A stretch of 64,000 bases of DNA from Anaeromyxobacteraceae bacterium. Its GTDB lineage: Bacteria; Myxococcota; Myxococcia; Myxococcales; Anaeromyxobacteraceae. Location of the stretch: positions 128,001 to 192,000 of the forward strand of contig JAULAX010000005.1 in assembly GCA_032654565.1 (NCBI GenBank), read 5' to 3'. Under the pieces are notes generated by a model. That model had not been told where the DNA came from, did not search any database, and saw only the letters and a list, made by a program, of their open reading frames with translations. Shown piece by piece: positions 31,803 to 42,619 of the stretch (positions are counted from its first letter, which is position 1; each line of letters begins with the position of its first letter). A program made the translations under genes and the position numbers.

Positions 31803-32258
31803 CTAGAGCGCCCCGAGCACGCCGGCGACGTGGCCGGTCACCTTCACCTTCGGGAAGACCTGCTCCACCTTGCCGTCGGCCCCGACCACCACGGTGGTGC
31901 GGATGGTCCCCATCACCTTCTTGCCGTACATCACCTTCTCGCCCCAGACCCCCCAGGCCTTGTGGACCGTGAGGCCGGGGTCGCAGAGCAGCGGGAACGG
32001 CAGCTGGTACTTCTCGCCGAACTTCTTCTGCGCCGGCGGGGCGTCCTTGGAGACCCCCAGCACCGCCACCTTCAGCTTCTTGAAGGCGGCCACCTCGTCG
32101 CGGAAGTCGCAGGCTTCCTGGGTGCAGCCCGGCGTCGAGGCCTTCGGGTAGAAGAACACCACCACCCGCTTCCCCTTGAAGTCCGAGAGCTTCACCGGCT
32201 TCCCGTCCTGATCCGGCAGCGTGAAGTCCGGGGCCTTCTTTCCCACCTCGAGTGCCAT
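31803..32258 (-). CDS. bcp: Thiol peroxidase Bcp
   Basis: [20 protein letters not shown]. Confidence 0.95.
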   Translation of the reverse strand: MALEVGKKAPDFTLPDQDGKPVKLSDFKGKRVVVFFYPKASTPGCTQEACDFRDEVAAFKKLKVAVLGVSKDAPPAQKKFGEKYQLPFPLLCDPGLTVHKAWGVWGEKVMYGKKVMGTIRTTVVVGADGKVEQVFPKVKVTGHVAGVLGAL

Positions 32259-32544
32259 GGGCACCTCCTGCCCTCAATCCTAGCCCCGGGGGGCCGATCC
32301 CGCCCGTCCTCAGGGCCCTGCTCGGGGTGCGCCACCGCTCGCCTGGGGGCTGGCGAGCTCCGAGGTGGGTCCCGCGGGTCGAGGGGCTGTCATGGGCCCT
32401 GGCCGGGGCCCCTGCGGCCGGCCGGCGCGGGCCAAAAAGGTGAGGGTCCAAGGCGGCTTGCGGCCGTGCCGCGGGCGTGTTAGATCGCCCGTCCCTGCTG
32501 GTCCCTTGACCGGCGGGGGGCGACCCGAAGTGCGGGCGCCAGCC

Positions 32545-32650
32545 ACACCACTACGCACACGCCCCGGCAGTGCGCTCCGGTGCTCGAGACGAGGTTCTCG
32601 GGCTCTTCGCGCACGGCAGCTCCAGGGCGTGGTGGACACCAACCGGAGAA
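32545..32650 (+). promoter_or_regulatory. Structured rpsB leader (probable S2 autoregulatory RNA)
   Basis: CACGCCC (32558-32564) pairs with GGGCGTG (32625-32631); GTGCGC (32570-32575) pairs with GCGCAC (32609-32614); directly 5' of rpsB. Confidence 0.55.
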
Positions 32651-32654
32651 GACC

Positions 32655-33701
32655 ATGGAAGAGACCACACAGACCCCCGCCGTCGAAGCTCCCCCCGCCG
32701 AGGTCGTCGCCGCCGACGCCCCGGCCGCCCCCGCCGCCGCCGCCGAGCCCACCATGGCCGCGGCCCTGACCAGCAGCGGCACCGCCATCAGCATGAAGCA
32801 GCTGCTGGAGGCCGGCGTCCACTTCGGCCACCAGACCAAGCGCTGGAACCCCAAGATGAAGCCCTTCATCTTCGGCGCCCGCAACGGCATCTACATCATC
32901 GACCTGCAGAAGACGGTCGGCCTGGCCCGCAACGCGCTCCGCTTCGTCTCCGACGCCGTGGCCAAGGGCGGCACCGTGCTCTTCATCGGCACCAAGAAGC
33001 AGGCCCAGGACGCCGTCCGCGAGGAGGCCTCCCGCTCCGGCCAGTACTTCGTCACCAACCGCTGGCTGGGCGGCACGCTCACCAACTTCAAGACCATCAA
33101 GACCGGCATCGAGCGGCTCAAGACGCTGGAGAAGATGAAGGAGGACGGCACCTACGACCGCCTCCCCAAGAAGGAGGTCGCCTCCAACGAGCGGGAGCGC
33201 GAGAAGCTGGAGAAGAACCTGGGCGGCATCAAGGACCTGGCCCGGCTGCCGGCCGCCATCTTCGTCATCGACACCAAGAAGGAGCACATCGCGGTGCACG
33301 AGGCCAACCGGCTCGGCATCCCGGTGGTGGCGGTGGTCGACACCAACTGCGACCCCGAGGGGATCGACTACGTCATCCCCGGCAACGACGACGCCATCCG
33401 CTCCATCCGGCTCTTCACCGGCAAGGTCGCCGAGGCCTGCATCGAGGGCAAGTCGCGCCACGCCAGGTGGGTGGCCGAGCACGGGGTCCAGGAGGACCGC
33501 GGCGGTGACGACCGCGACGCCGCCAGCGAGCGCGGCTCCAAGGATCGCCGCGACCGCGGCGCCCCCCGCGGCGGCCAGCGCCGCGAGCGGCGTGACGACC
33601 GCGGCGCCGCCAGCGCCAACGTCGAGGTGCTGCGCAAGGGCGAGGTGGCCCCGGCCGTCGCCGTGGCCGTCGTCCCGGCCCCCGAGGCGGCGCCGGAGTA
33701 G
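32655..33701 (+). CDS. rpsB: 30S ribosomal protein S2 with N- and C-terminal extensions
   Basis: [47 protein letters not shown]. Confidence 0.98.
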   Translation: MEETTQTPAVEAPPAEVVAADAPAAPAAAAEPTMAAALTSSGTAISMKQLLEAGVHFGHQTKRWNPKMKPFIFGARNGIYIIDLQKTVGLARNALRFVSDAVAKGGTVLFIGTKKQAQDAVREEASRSGQYFVTNRWLGGTLTNFKTIKTGIERLKTLEKMKEDGTYDRLPKKEVASNEREREKLEKNLGGIKDLARLPAAIFVIDTKKEHIAVHEANRLGIPVVAVVDTNCDPEGIDYVIPGNDDAIRSIRLFTGKVAEACIEGKSRHARWVAEHGVQEDRGGDDRDAASERGSKDRRDRGAPRGGQRRERRDDRGAASANVEVLRKGEVAPAVAVAVVPAPEAAPE

Positions 33702-33796
33702 TCCGGAGCCCACCCGCAGCGTTTCCCACCCGGGGGCGGGCCATGAGCTGGCTCGCCCCCGCTGTACATCGGTTTCCGAAAGACGAGGACCACGAC

Positions 33797-34456
33797 ATGG
33801 CCGAGATCACCGCCAAGATGGTGCAGGAGCTCCGCGAGAAGACCGGGGCCGGCATGATGGACTGCAAGAAGATGCTCACCGAGGCCGGCGGCGACATGGC
33901 CAAGGCCGCCGAGCTGCTCAAGGCCAAGGGGATGGCCTCGGCCGCCAAGAAGTCGGGCCGGTCCGCCACCGAGGGGGCGGTGACCTCCTACATCCACCTG
34001 GGCGGCAAGATCGGCGTCCTCCTCGAGGTCAACTGCGAGACCGACTTCGCGGCCCGCAACGAGGCCTTCCAGGCGCTGGTCAAGGACCTGGCCATGCAGG
34101 TGGCGGCCGCCGCGCCGCTCTACGTCCGTCGCGAGGAGATCCCGGCCGAGGTGGTGCAGGCCGAGATGGACATCGTCAAGGCGCAGCTCCGCGAGCAGAA
34201 GAAGCCCGAGGCCATGCTGGAGAAGATCGCCGCCGGCAAGCTCGACCGCTACTTCTCCGAGGTGGTGCTGCTGGAGCAGCCCTTCGTGAAGGACGACAAG
34301 AAGAAGATCTCCGACGTGGTGGCCGAGGCGGTCGCCAAGATCGGCGAGAACATCCAGGTGCGCCGCTTCGCCCGCTTCGCGCTCGGCGAGGGGCTGGAGA
34401 AGAAGGTGGAGAACTACGCCGAAGAGGTCGCCAAGGCCGGCGGCGCGGTCAATTAG
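33797..34456 (+). CDS. tsf: Elongation factor Ts (short form)
   Basis: ELREKTGAGMMDCKK, EVNCETDF, LLEQPFVKD. Confidence 0.97.
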   Translation: MAEITAKMVQELREKTGAGMMDCKKMLTEAGGDMAKAAELLKAKGMASAAKKSGRSATEGAVTSYIHLGGKIGVLLEVNCETDFAARNEAFQALVKDLAMQVAAAAPLYVRREEIPAEVVQAEMDIVKAQLREQKKPEAMLEKIAAGKLDRYFSEVVLLEQPFVKDDKKKISDVVAEAVAKIGENIQVRRFARFALGEGLEKKVENYAEEVAKAGGAVN

Positions 34457-34638
34457 CCTACCCGTCCGGCCGCGGCTGGCCTGAAGCGAGATGCCCCGAC
34501 CCCGCGACGTGCGCGGATAGGGGCGTTGTCGTTTCGACCGGAGACCCTGCGTTGCCCCGCTTGCGTTCCCCAGGCCTGCTGACAGACTTCGCTCGTGAGC
34601 CCGACGGTCTTCGTCAGCGGACGCTAAGGAGCGAAGTC

Positions 34639-34928
34639 ATGAAATCGTCGCCGCGTGGTCGGACCACTTCCGCTGAGATCAGCCACATCAGCCGTTCGGC
34701 ATCTGGGTGCTCGTCGATCGCCGCGAGTACTTCCTGGGCTACGACGATTTCCCCTGGTTCCGCGGCGCCACCGTCGCCCAGCTCCACGCCGTCGAGCGCC
34801 CGCACCGCCAGCACCTTCGCTGGGCAGACCTGGACGTCGATCTCGAACTGGCTCGCATGGCCATCCCCGAGCGGTTTCCGCTGGTGAGCCGGCCCAGGTC
34901 GGCGCGGCTCGCTGCGCGCGCCTCCTGA
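34639..34928 (+). pseudogene. DUF2442 family protein with a 1-nt frameshift
   Basis: TAAGGAG RBS and MKSSPRGRTTSAEISHIS in one frame; FGIWVLVDRREYFLGYDDFPWF...LRWADLDVDL in another; one base missing near 34692. Confidence 0.75.
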
Positions 34929-34940
34929 CTCGGCCGCGGA

Positions 34941-35456
34941 CTAGGAGAAGAAGGGTCGCCGACATCGTCGCCGAATAGGTCGCCAAGGCTGCCGGCGCGG
35001 TCGCGTAGGGCCGCGCGGCCCCGAGCGCTCGGCCGCCGCGAGGTAGGCCTGGACGTGGCTGGCGAAGTCCCGGAAGTCGGCCAGCCGCTCGTTCAGGATC
35101 CGGTGCACCACGCCTGGATCGACCTCCAGGTACCCGTGGACCAGGACGTTCCTGAAGCCGGCGACGCTGCGGAACCGGCGGGCGAAGTCGGTGGGGAGCA
35201 CCGCCAGCTCGGCCATCCGATCGATGGCGCTGGCGTAGTCCGGTACGTCCCGCCCCGCCGCGGCCGCCAGGTGGGTGGCGATGTCGAGGCAGTTCTGCAC
35301 GCAGAGCTGGAGACCCCGCTCGATGGCCCAGCGCTCGTCCAGGTCCGCGAGCGCGGCCTGGCTCCGTCCCGCGTGGCCACCGAGCTGCAGGCTGGCGCGG
35401 TCGAGCGCCGCCAGGTGGCGTCGGACCATCGCCGCGTCGAGGTTTCCCGGGCTCAC
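34941..35456 (-). CDS. HepT/DUF86 HEPN ribonuclease toxin
   Basis: ERGLQL...LDIATH; RX4H motif FRNVLVHGY; GTGA overlap with the MNT gene. Confidence 0.88.
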   Translation of the reverse strand: MSPGNLDAAMVRRHLAALDRASLQLGGHAGRSQAALADLDERWAIERGLQLCVQNCLDIATHLAAAAGRDVPDYASAIDRMAELAVLPTDFARRFRSVAGFRNVLVHGYLEVDPGVVHRILNERLADFRDFASHVQAYLAAAERSGPRGPTRPRRQPWRPIRRRCRRPFFS

Positions 35457-35881
35457 CGGCCGAACTCCCCCTGCTCGATGCGAGCCGCCAGCACCGGGTC
35501 GATCTTGGCGAGCTGTGACTTGAAGTCACAGTAGCGGGAGAGCGCGGCCCCCTCCCGGGTCGTGGTGGCGCGCAGGTCCCGGGCCAGCAACCGCACGCCG
35601 TCACGCAGGACCCGGTGGTAGAGCAGGGGCGGCGCCCGGTTGAGCACCACGACATCGACCCGGTCATCCCCCAGCGCCGCCATCAGCTCGGTCGCCAGCC
35701 CCGCCTCATAGCCGTAGGGGGACTCCGGCTCCCGTGAGAGGTACACGGCGACATCGAAGTCACTGTGGCCCTGGGCCTGGCCACGGGCTCGCGAGCCGAA
35801 GAGGTAGCCCTCCGCCACCTCGGGACGCGCCCCGAGGACCTGCGTCAGCTGGCCACGCATCATGTCGGCGGCGGGATCCAT
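35453..35881 (-). CDS. MntA-type minimal nucleotidyltransferase antitoxin
   Basis: YLFGSRARG...SDFDVAV (GSX10DXD); VDVVVLNRAPPLL. Confidence 0.88.
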   Translation of the reverse strand: MDPAADMMRGQLTQVLGARPEVAEGYLFGSRARGQAQGHSDFDVAVYLSREPESPYGYEAGLATELMAALGDDRVDVVVLNRAPPLLYHRVLRDGVRLLARDLRATTTREGAALSRYCDFKSQLAKIDPVLAARIEQGEFGR

Positions 35882-35953
35882 GGCGGTCAGCATGTGCCTG
35901 GCCGACCTCGACGCGCAAGTCGGGCGCGGCGGCGTCGCCCCGGGACGGCGTGA

Positions 35954-37633
35954 CTACCGCTTGCTGGCGATGATCAGCACCACGAAGAGGGTGTTCTTGC
36001 CGAGCCGGGGGTGCCGGCCCAGCGCCCCGCCCAGCCCCACCAGCTTGCCCCGGGCCAGCGCGTTGGGATCCTCGGCGAAGTCGGCCAGGTCGATGCGGGA
36101 GTCCACCATGAAGACCACGTCGCGGTACCCCCGCTGCAGCGCCTTGACCAGCTCGTCGGTCCTGGCCTTGGGCGGCGGCCCGCCGGCGCCCGCCACCACG
36201 GCGGCGTAGTCGCTGGCCAGCTTCTCCAGCACCGGGTCGGTGGCGAGCGCGCCCAGCTTCTCGGCGGCCCGCTTCTTGTCGATGGCCTCGCGGATGGTCC
36301 GCCGGGCGGCCGCCACGTCGGGCGGCGCCTGCAGCTTGATGAAGAGCTGGGTCAGGTAGACCACCGGCTTGCCGTTCTGGTCGGTGCCGATGGCCACGCC
36401 CTGGCCGGCGTGGGTGACTTCGGTGGACATGATGTCGCCGCGGGCGCTGGGGCTGTTCATGAGCCGGTCGAAGGCCACCTCGCCGTTGTAGGCCGCCGAG
36501 GGGTTCTGCAGCACCACCGGGGCCTGGATGTCGGCCGCGCCCAGCCGCTGCATGGTGTTGACCGGCACCATCACCGCCCCCTTCTTGGCGCCGTCGCGCA
36601 TCGAGTTGGAGATGTCCCGGGCGATGGTGCCGAGCGGCTCGGACCAGGTGAACGCCGGCAGGCCGGCCGCGGCCCGCTCGGCGTCGACCAGCTCACGCAT
36701 CTTGCGCTCCTGGGCGTCGGCCTCGAGCGGCCAGGGGGCCGGGGGGGCCACCGGGGCCGACCGCGCCAGCTCGGTGGCGCAGGCCACCGTGAAGGCGCCG
36801 ATGATCCGCTCGTTGCCCATCTCCTCGCCGCGCACCTCCACCACGATGCGCCCGGGCCGGGGCCCACAGGCCAGCTCGGCCTTGAAGGCCTTCCCGGGCG
36901 GCTGGGTCAGGGTGGCGAGGCGCCCCTGGGCGTCGGAGACCAGCACCTTGGGGTTCTCCAGGTCGCCGGCCAGCGTGCCGGAGAGCGCGGCCTTCTGGCC
37001 AAGCTCGAGGCGGCGGGGCAGCGGCTCGAGCTGCAGGGAGTCGCTGTAGAGGGCCATGACCACCCTGGACTTGGCCACCGTGGCGTCCTGGATGGCCCGG
37101 TCGCCGCCCCGGCGGCTGGCCACCAGCTGGGCCGCCATGCCGTAGCGCGGGCCGGTGACCCGGGCCCCGTAGCTCTGGATGGTCTCGGCGAGCGAGTCGG
37201 CGATGCGCCGCGGGTCGTCGGTCTCCAGCGTCACCAGCACCAGCTCGGGCGACCCGGCGGCCAGGCCGAAGGTGCGGCCCAGGAAGGCGCGGAGGTGGGG
37301 CGGGACCTCCTCGGAGGGCCAGGTCAGCATGGCCTCGGCCACGGCGCAGAGCCGCCCGTCGGACGGGACCTCCACGGCGCCGCGGTCCTTGACCGTGGCC
37401 GCCAGCATGGCCTCCACCTCGCCGTAGACGCCGCCGACCGGGCAGGTGCGGGCCGGGTTGGGGCCGAAGCTCTCTGCGGCCGCCCTGGCCGGGGTGAGCT
37501 GCCCGTCGGAGATGGCGGCCGGGACCCGCCGGTTGGCCTCGGCGGTGGCCAGGGTGGCGCAAGCGGAGAGGAGCACCAGGGCGAGTGCCGCGGGGACCAG
37601 CGGGGAGCGACCGATGCGGGAGCGTGAGGTCAT
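35954..37633 (-). CDS. Lipoprotein with CAP/SCP-like domain(s)
   Basis: Lipobox LLSAC; LVDAERAAAGLP, LMNSPSARGDIM...HAGQGVA...YLTQLF. Confidence 0.75.
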   Translation of the reverse strand: MTSRSRIGRSPLVPAALALVLLSACATLATAEANRRVPAAISDGQLTPARAAAESFGPNPARTCPVGGVYGEVEAMLAATVKDRGAVEVPSDGRLCAVAEAMLTWPSEEVPPHLRAFLGRTFGLAAGSPELVLVTLETDDPRRIADSLAETIQSYGARVTGPRYGMAAQLVASRRGGDRAIQDATVAKSRVVMALYSDSLQLEPLPRRLELGQKAALSGTLAGDLENPKVLVSDAQGRLATLTQPPGKAFKAELACGPRPGRIVVEVRGEEMGNERIIGAFTVACATELARSAPVAPPAPWPLEADAQERKMRELVDAERAAAGLPAFTWSEPLGTIARDISNSMRDGAKKGAVMVPVNTMQRLGAADIQAPVVLQNPSAAYNGEVAFDRLMNSPSARGDIMSTEVTHAGQGVAIGTDQNGKPVVYLTQLFIKLQAPPDVAAARRTIREAIDKKRAAEKLGALATDPVLEKLASDYAAVVAGAGGPPPKARTDELVKALQRGYRDVVFMVDSRIDLADFAEDPNALARGKLVGLGGALGRHPRLGKNTLFVVLIIASKR

Positions 37634-37868
37634 GGGTTCGGGTTCCTGGTGCGCGGGGTCGTTCAGGGTTGGCGGGCGCCGGTCGGGCGCTCGTCCGTCC
37701 AGGGCCGTGGGCCCCGGGGCGGGCGGATTCTCCCGTCTCGGACCCCGGGGTGCAAGCGGCACGTGGCGGCCGGGCCAGGCCGGACAGGTCCCCCTGAAAA
37801 GAGAGAGGCCCTGGCCGCGCCCCGTGGTGGGGGCGGCCAGGGCCTCGGAGGCTACGAACGATCCGGTG

Positions 37869-38939
37869 CTACGCCGTGCGGCGACGGCGGAACGCCATGA
37901 GCAGCGCGGCGCCCACCATCAGCAGGGCGGTGGGGCCGCCGGCGCCGGCCGAGCTGCAGCCGGTGGCCGACTGGGTCACCTCGGTCCGCATGCCGGAGCT
38001 GTTGTTGCCCAGATCCAGATCCCTGGTGAGAAGCGCAGAAGCCAGCTTCATGGTTCGCGCCGGCAGCGGCGGAACCGTGACGGCGGTGTTCGGGATCTTG
38101 CGCGCCAGGGTGACGCCGTTCGGGTGGTACAGGCTGACGGCGTCCGACGCCATGCTCGGGATCGAGTAGGTCTTGGTGAAGGTGACCGAAGCGGCCGCGG
38201 CGATGTCGCCGAGCTGACAGCCGTCGCCCTCGACGTCCTTGCCATCCGGCGGGGTGTTGAGGCACGTCCAGGTAGCGCTGACGAACGGTGAGCTTCCGTA
38301 AGCATCGCTGAGCACCCACACGTCCTGGGACGTGCACGGCCCGTGGTTGGTCACGGTCACGTTGTAGACGACGTTCTGGCCAACGGCGGCGGTCGCCGGG
38401 CCGGTGAAGTCCACCGAGATGTCGGCGAAGACCAGCGGAACGTCGACCGGGGTGATGGTGGCGGCGTTGTTGGCGGTGACCGCATCGACCGAGGTCGAGC
38501 TCACCGTCACGGTCAGGGGATCATAGGTCGTGGTGACCCCGCACGTCGTCGGAAGCGGATCCGGCAACGCGAGCTCGGTGTTGATGGTGACGTCCGCCGT
38601 GAAGGTGTCGGTGATGTCCGGCACGGTGCAGGGGAAGAAGTTCCCCGCGGCCGCGGCCGTCGTCGTCGGGGTGCACCCGTCGACGCTGGTGACCTTCAGT
38701 CCCTTGGCAGCCCAGGTGGTCGGGATGGTCGAGTTGACCGTGATGCCGGTGGCGTGGTTGGGGCCGTTGTTGGTGATGGTGGCAACGAACGCCTTGGTGC
38801 CGCCGTACTTGACGGCGGTGGCGGTAGCGAACGTCACTCCGAGATCCGCGTCCAGTGCGACAGCAGGGGCCGCGGCCGCGCCGGCCGACAGCATGAGGCC
38901 CGCGAACACCGTCCGCAGAGCAAGCTTCAAGTTGCGCAT
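37869..38939 (-). CDS. Surface protein with two DUF11-like Ig domains and a MYXO-CTERM sorting signal
   Basis: Signal peptide; ADL..T / TNNGP / NN repeats; C-terminal GCSSAGAGG-TM-RRRR. Confidence 0.85.
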   Translation of the reverse strand: MRNLKLALRTVFAGLMLSAGAAAAPAVALDADLGVTFATATAVKYGGTKAFVATITNNGPNHATGITVNSTIPTTWAAKGLKVTSVDGCTPTTTAAAAGNFFPCTVPDITDTFTADVTINTELALPDPLPTTCGVTTTYDPLTVTVSSTSVDAVTANNAATITPVDVPLVFADISVDFTGPATAAVGQNVVYNVTVTNHGPCTSQDVWVLSDAYGSSPFVSATWTCLNTPPDGKDVEGDGCQLGDIAAAASVTFTKTYSIPSMASDAVSLYHPNGVTLARKIPNTAVTVPPLPARTMKLASALLTRDLDLGNNSSGMRTEVTQSATGCSSAGAGGPTALLMVGAALLMAFRRRRTA

Positions 38940-39045
38940 CGTGATTCCTCCCAGCTCAGGTGGCGACTTCTTGGGTTCGATGTGGATGAACGTCATATGG
39001 GTTTCCAGAGCGGAGGGGCGACCTCGCCCCCCCGCCCCCGGTGAG

Positions 39046-42000
39046 CTAGAAGCTCTGCGTGACGCGGGCGTAGTAGAAGCGCCCCGCGTAGCCGTACGCG
39101 CTCGGATCGGCCGAGTAGTTGGCGGCGGTGTAGATCGGCGGCGGCTGCGTATCCAGGAGGTTCTGCATGCCGACCGACAGCCCGGTCTTCCCGGCCGAGG
39201 ACTTGAAGTTGTAGCTGACGTAGGCGTCGGCGGTCAGGTAGGACTTGACCTGGCGCGCCCCGACGGGATCGGAGGAGCAGACCAGGCTCTCGCACTCCTT
39301 GAAGGAGCCGATGTAGCGGCCGCTGAGCCCGGCGCCGAAGCCCTCCATGCCCCAGATGACGCCGGCGTTCCCCTTGAAGGCCGGGAGGATGCCGAGGTCG
39401 TAGTTGCTCTTGCCCGAGATGACCGTGCCGTCGGCCTGCGTCAGCCGGTAGTACTGGAGCAGCGTGCCGTCCACCACGAAGGTGAACTGCCCGGCCACGC
39501 CGGTCTGCAGGTTGTAGCGGGCCGCCATGTCCAGGCCGGCGGTCTTGCTGCCGCCGGCGTTGGAGAGGGCGTCGTCGATCCGGATGATGAGGTTGTCGGC
39601 GTCGCGGTGGATGCGGGCGCAGTCCGAGGCGATGCCGGAGGCGTAGCAGCCCTGGAGGATGACGCCGGCCCCCTGGTAGGTGACCGTCTTGGTGAGGTCG
39701 ATCACGTAGTAGTCGAACGTGAGGGAGAGGTTCGGCACCCAGCGGGGCTCGATGATGGCGCCCAGCGTGAAGATCTTGGCCGTCTCCGGCTTCAGGTTCG
39801 GGTTGGCGCCCTTCTTGGTGAGGAACTGCAGGGCGGTGTCACCGTTGCTCGCCGCCGTGCCGCAGTTGCCGGCCACGCTGTCGCCGTTGGCGCAGGGGTC
39901 GCCGGTCGGCACGAAGTCGTAGCTGTCGCTCAAGCCAGAGGCGAAGAGCTCGCCGATGTTGGGGGCGCGGAAGGCGGTGGAGTAGGTGCCGCGGAGGACC
40001 AGGTCCCGGACCGGGGCGTAGCGGGCGCCGACCTTGTAGGTGCTGTCGCTGCCGAAGGTGGAGTACTTGAAGGCCCGCATGGCCAGCGAGAGCTCCAGGT
40101 CCTGCACGAAGGGCATGTTGCTGATGAGCGGGAGGTTGAGCTCGCCGTAGGCCTCGGTGACGTTGAAGCCGCCCGGGGTCGAGCTGGGCGTTGTTGTCGG
40201 AGCCCATGTTGGCTGCATTGAACGGGTTGACGATCTGGGCGCCCAGACGTGGTCCGGTACTCGGCACCGACCGCGATGGCGGCGGGACGGTCGGCCTTGA
40301 TGGTGAAGAGCTCACCGGTCAGGTTGGCGGCCCATGCGGCCATGTTGGTGAAGCCCTTATTGGGGCCGGTGAAAGTGAGGCCGGCGACCTGATTGGCCGG
40401 GGCCGGGCCCTGGGGAGGAGGTTGAGCGGGATGCAGCCCGGGATCGGCGTGGTGTAAGTGGCGTCGGAGTAGCAGATCCCGTTCCGCGACGGGCCGAGGG
40501 CGGCGGCCACCAGATCGCCGCGGACGGCGCCGGCGACGGTGTCGGTGCCGCTAGTGCGCCCGAAGGTATAGGACGCGTCCCAGTACCAGTTGGAGATGTT
40601 GCCGTTCAGGCCGGCGACCATCCTGATGGTGTCGGTGTCCTGCGACTCGACCCGGTTGCCCAGGTTAATGAGCCGGCTCTGCGACCATAGGATGTCCTGG
40701 CCGAACGGATTGTACTGACTCGCGGCCGAGATGACGGTGCCGTTGGGTCCGATGTACGGCGGGAGCAGGGGCACCGGCGCCAGCTTCTGATCGGTGCGGC
40801 GGTTCATGAAGGAGCCTTCGAAGTAGAACTTGGCGTAGTCATTCAGCTTGTAGTCGCCGGAGGCGAAGAAGTTGAACCTCTGCGAGGGCGTGTAGAGGTA
40901 GTTGAAGGGGGCGTAGTTCCAGGTCGAGCCAGCCGGAACGTAGCCGCCGGTGGCGGTGGCCGTCGGGTTGTACTTGAGGTACTGCACGCCGTCGCCGTAC
41001 GCGGCGTTGAGCGTGCGGCAGAGGTCGCCGGCGGGGGTGCCGGCGGCGGGGCAGGTGGCGAGCGTGGTGTCGACTTCGAAGGCGCCGTCCGGAGTGGTGC
41101 CGGAGCCGAGCTTCCTGATCACGCCGGTGCGGTAGTTGGCGCCCAGCGCGTTCTCGGAGAACGCGCGGTCGCCCGCCCACACCGCCTCCTGCTTGGTGAA
41201 GCTGGTTGTGAAGAGGATCGAGCCCCTGTCGTTGGCGGTGCCGAAGGTGCCGCTGACGTCGTAGGTGTTGCCGTCGCCCTTGCCGGAGGTGCCTGCGTAG
41301 GCGTTGAACTCGGCGCCGGAGAAGTTCTTGCGGGTAATGACGTTGACCACGCCGCCGATGGCGTCGGATCCGTAGACCGCCGAAGCGCCGTCCTTGAGGA
41401 CCTCGATCCGTTCGATGGCCGAGGCCGGGAGGGTGTTGAGGTCGACGACCGAGTTCGCGCCGGCGCCACCCGGCACCCAGCGCCGGCCGTTCACCAGCAC
41501 CAGGGTGCGGCCCGCGCCGAGGCCGCGGAGGCTGATCTGCACGGTACCGTCGCCTCCGTTGTTGTTGCCGCGGCCGAGGGCGCCGGACTGCTCCGGGAGG
41601 GTCTGGAGGAAGTCGCCAATGGAGACTTGGCCGCTGGCAGTGATCTGCTCACGGCTGACGACCGCGACAGGCGCGGCCGTGGTCAGATCCTTGCGGCGGA
41701 TGCGCGAGCCGGTGACCACCACCTCCTCGAGCTGGACCGCCTCCGGGACCACGGCCAAGTTGGCGCGGAGGGTGACGTTCTCACCCAGCAGGAGGTCGCC
41801 GCGCGTCTCCGGCTTGTAGCCGTCGATGCTGGCCTGGAGCTTGTACTGTCCGGCAGGGAGGCCCGAGACGGTGAACGAGCCCCGACCGTCGGTGACGGCC
41901 GTCTGCTGGCCGGGGACGGAAGGGCTGGTCGCGACGACGAGGGCGCCAACGACCGGCTTGCCGGTCGCGCCGTCGGTCACCACGCCGGTGATGGAGCCGG

Positions 42001-42070
42001 TGGACTGCGCAGACGCCACGCCGGTGAAGAGCAGCGCGAGCGTCGCGAGCCGAAGCAACTTCTTCATCAT
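39046..42070 (-). pseudogene. TonB-dependent transporter with N-terminal carboxypeptidase-regulatory-like domain, broken by three clustered frameshifts (pseudogene or sequence error)
   Basis: EVVVTGSRI TonB box; IERIEVLKDGASAVYGSDAIGGVVN plug; NPNLKPE; C-terminal Phe; frame changes near 40413, 40245 and 40186. Confidence 0.85.
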
Positions 42071-42176
42071 GATTGCCTCCAGGGAGAGTTCACTCAGACA
42101 GTCGCCGATCGGGGGGTTACGCAATGGGCAGGACGCCTCTTGCGCGGGATTCGGTCGGCGGGGTGAATTTTGTAGC

Positions 42177-42206
42177 TTTGTAGGTGTCGTGTGTCGGGAA
42201 TGTCAA
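42177..42206 (-). promoter_or_regulatory. Sigma70-like promoter for the TBDT (TTGACA-N18-TACAAA)
   Basis: Perfect -35 at 42206-42201 in an AT-rich intergenic region. Confidence 0.45.
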
Positions 42207-42518
42207 GACAACATCGGCCGTTGTAGCCAAATGGCCTGCACGCCGCCGAGGCGTCCATCAGCCTGATATTCTGGCGAAATCCAAAACCACCCAAGATTTC
42301 CTAGCCTTGTCCGATCCACTTTTCAGGCCCCTTCACCCCGGGCGCGTGAATTCTGCGCGCACGATATTTTCCATGACGCACGCAGGCGCCCGGCATACCT
42401 CGGTGGGATGGACCGGGTCCGGCGCGACGGCCCGTTGAAATCGCACCGATCCGCTTGCGGGAGAGGGCGGAGAACCCGATCTGGTGGCAAGATGTCCGCC
42501 GGCCGGCGACAGGGCGGG

Positions 42519-42547
42519 TTGACAAGGTTTTTCGATCCGACTAGACA
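42519..42547 (+). promoter_or_regulatory. Sigma70-like promoter for tonB (TTGACA-N17-TAGACA)
   Basis: Perfect -35 with 17-nt spacer, about 70 bp upstream of tonB. Confidence 0.55.
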
Positions 42548-42619
42548 GCCCGCTTCGTCCAGTTGATTTGGGCGTCAGAATTTCAGGCCGATCCCGGCGT
42601 CACGACCTGTGAGCGACGA

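Noticed and set aside
42071..42180. Cobalamin or other riboswitch upstream of the TBDT
   Set aside because: No B12-box or other riboswitch consensus recognisable by eye; an Rfam scan would settle it.
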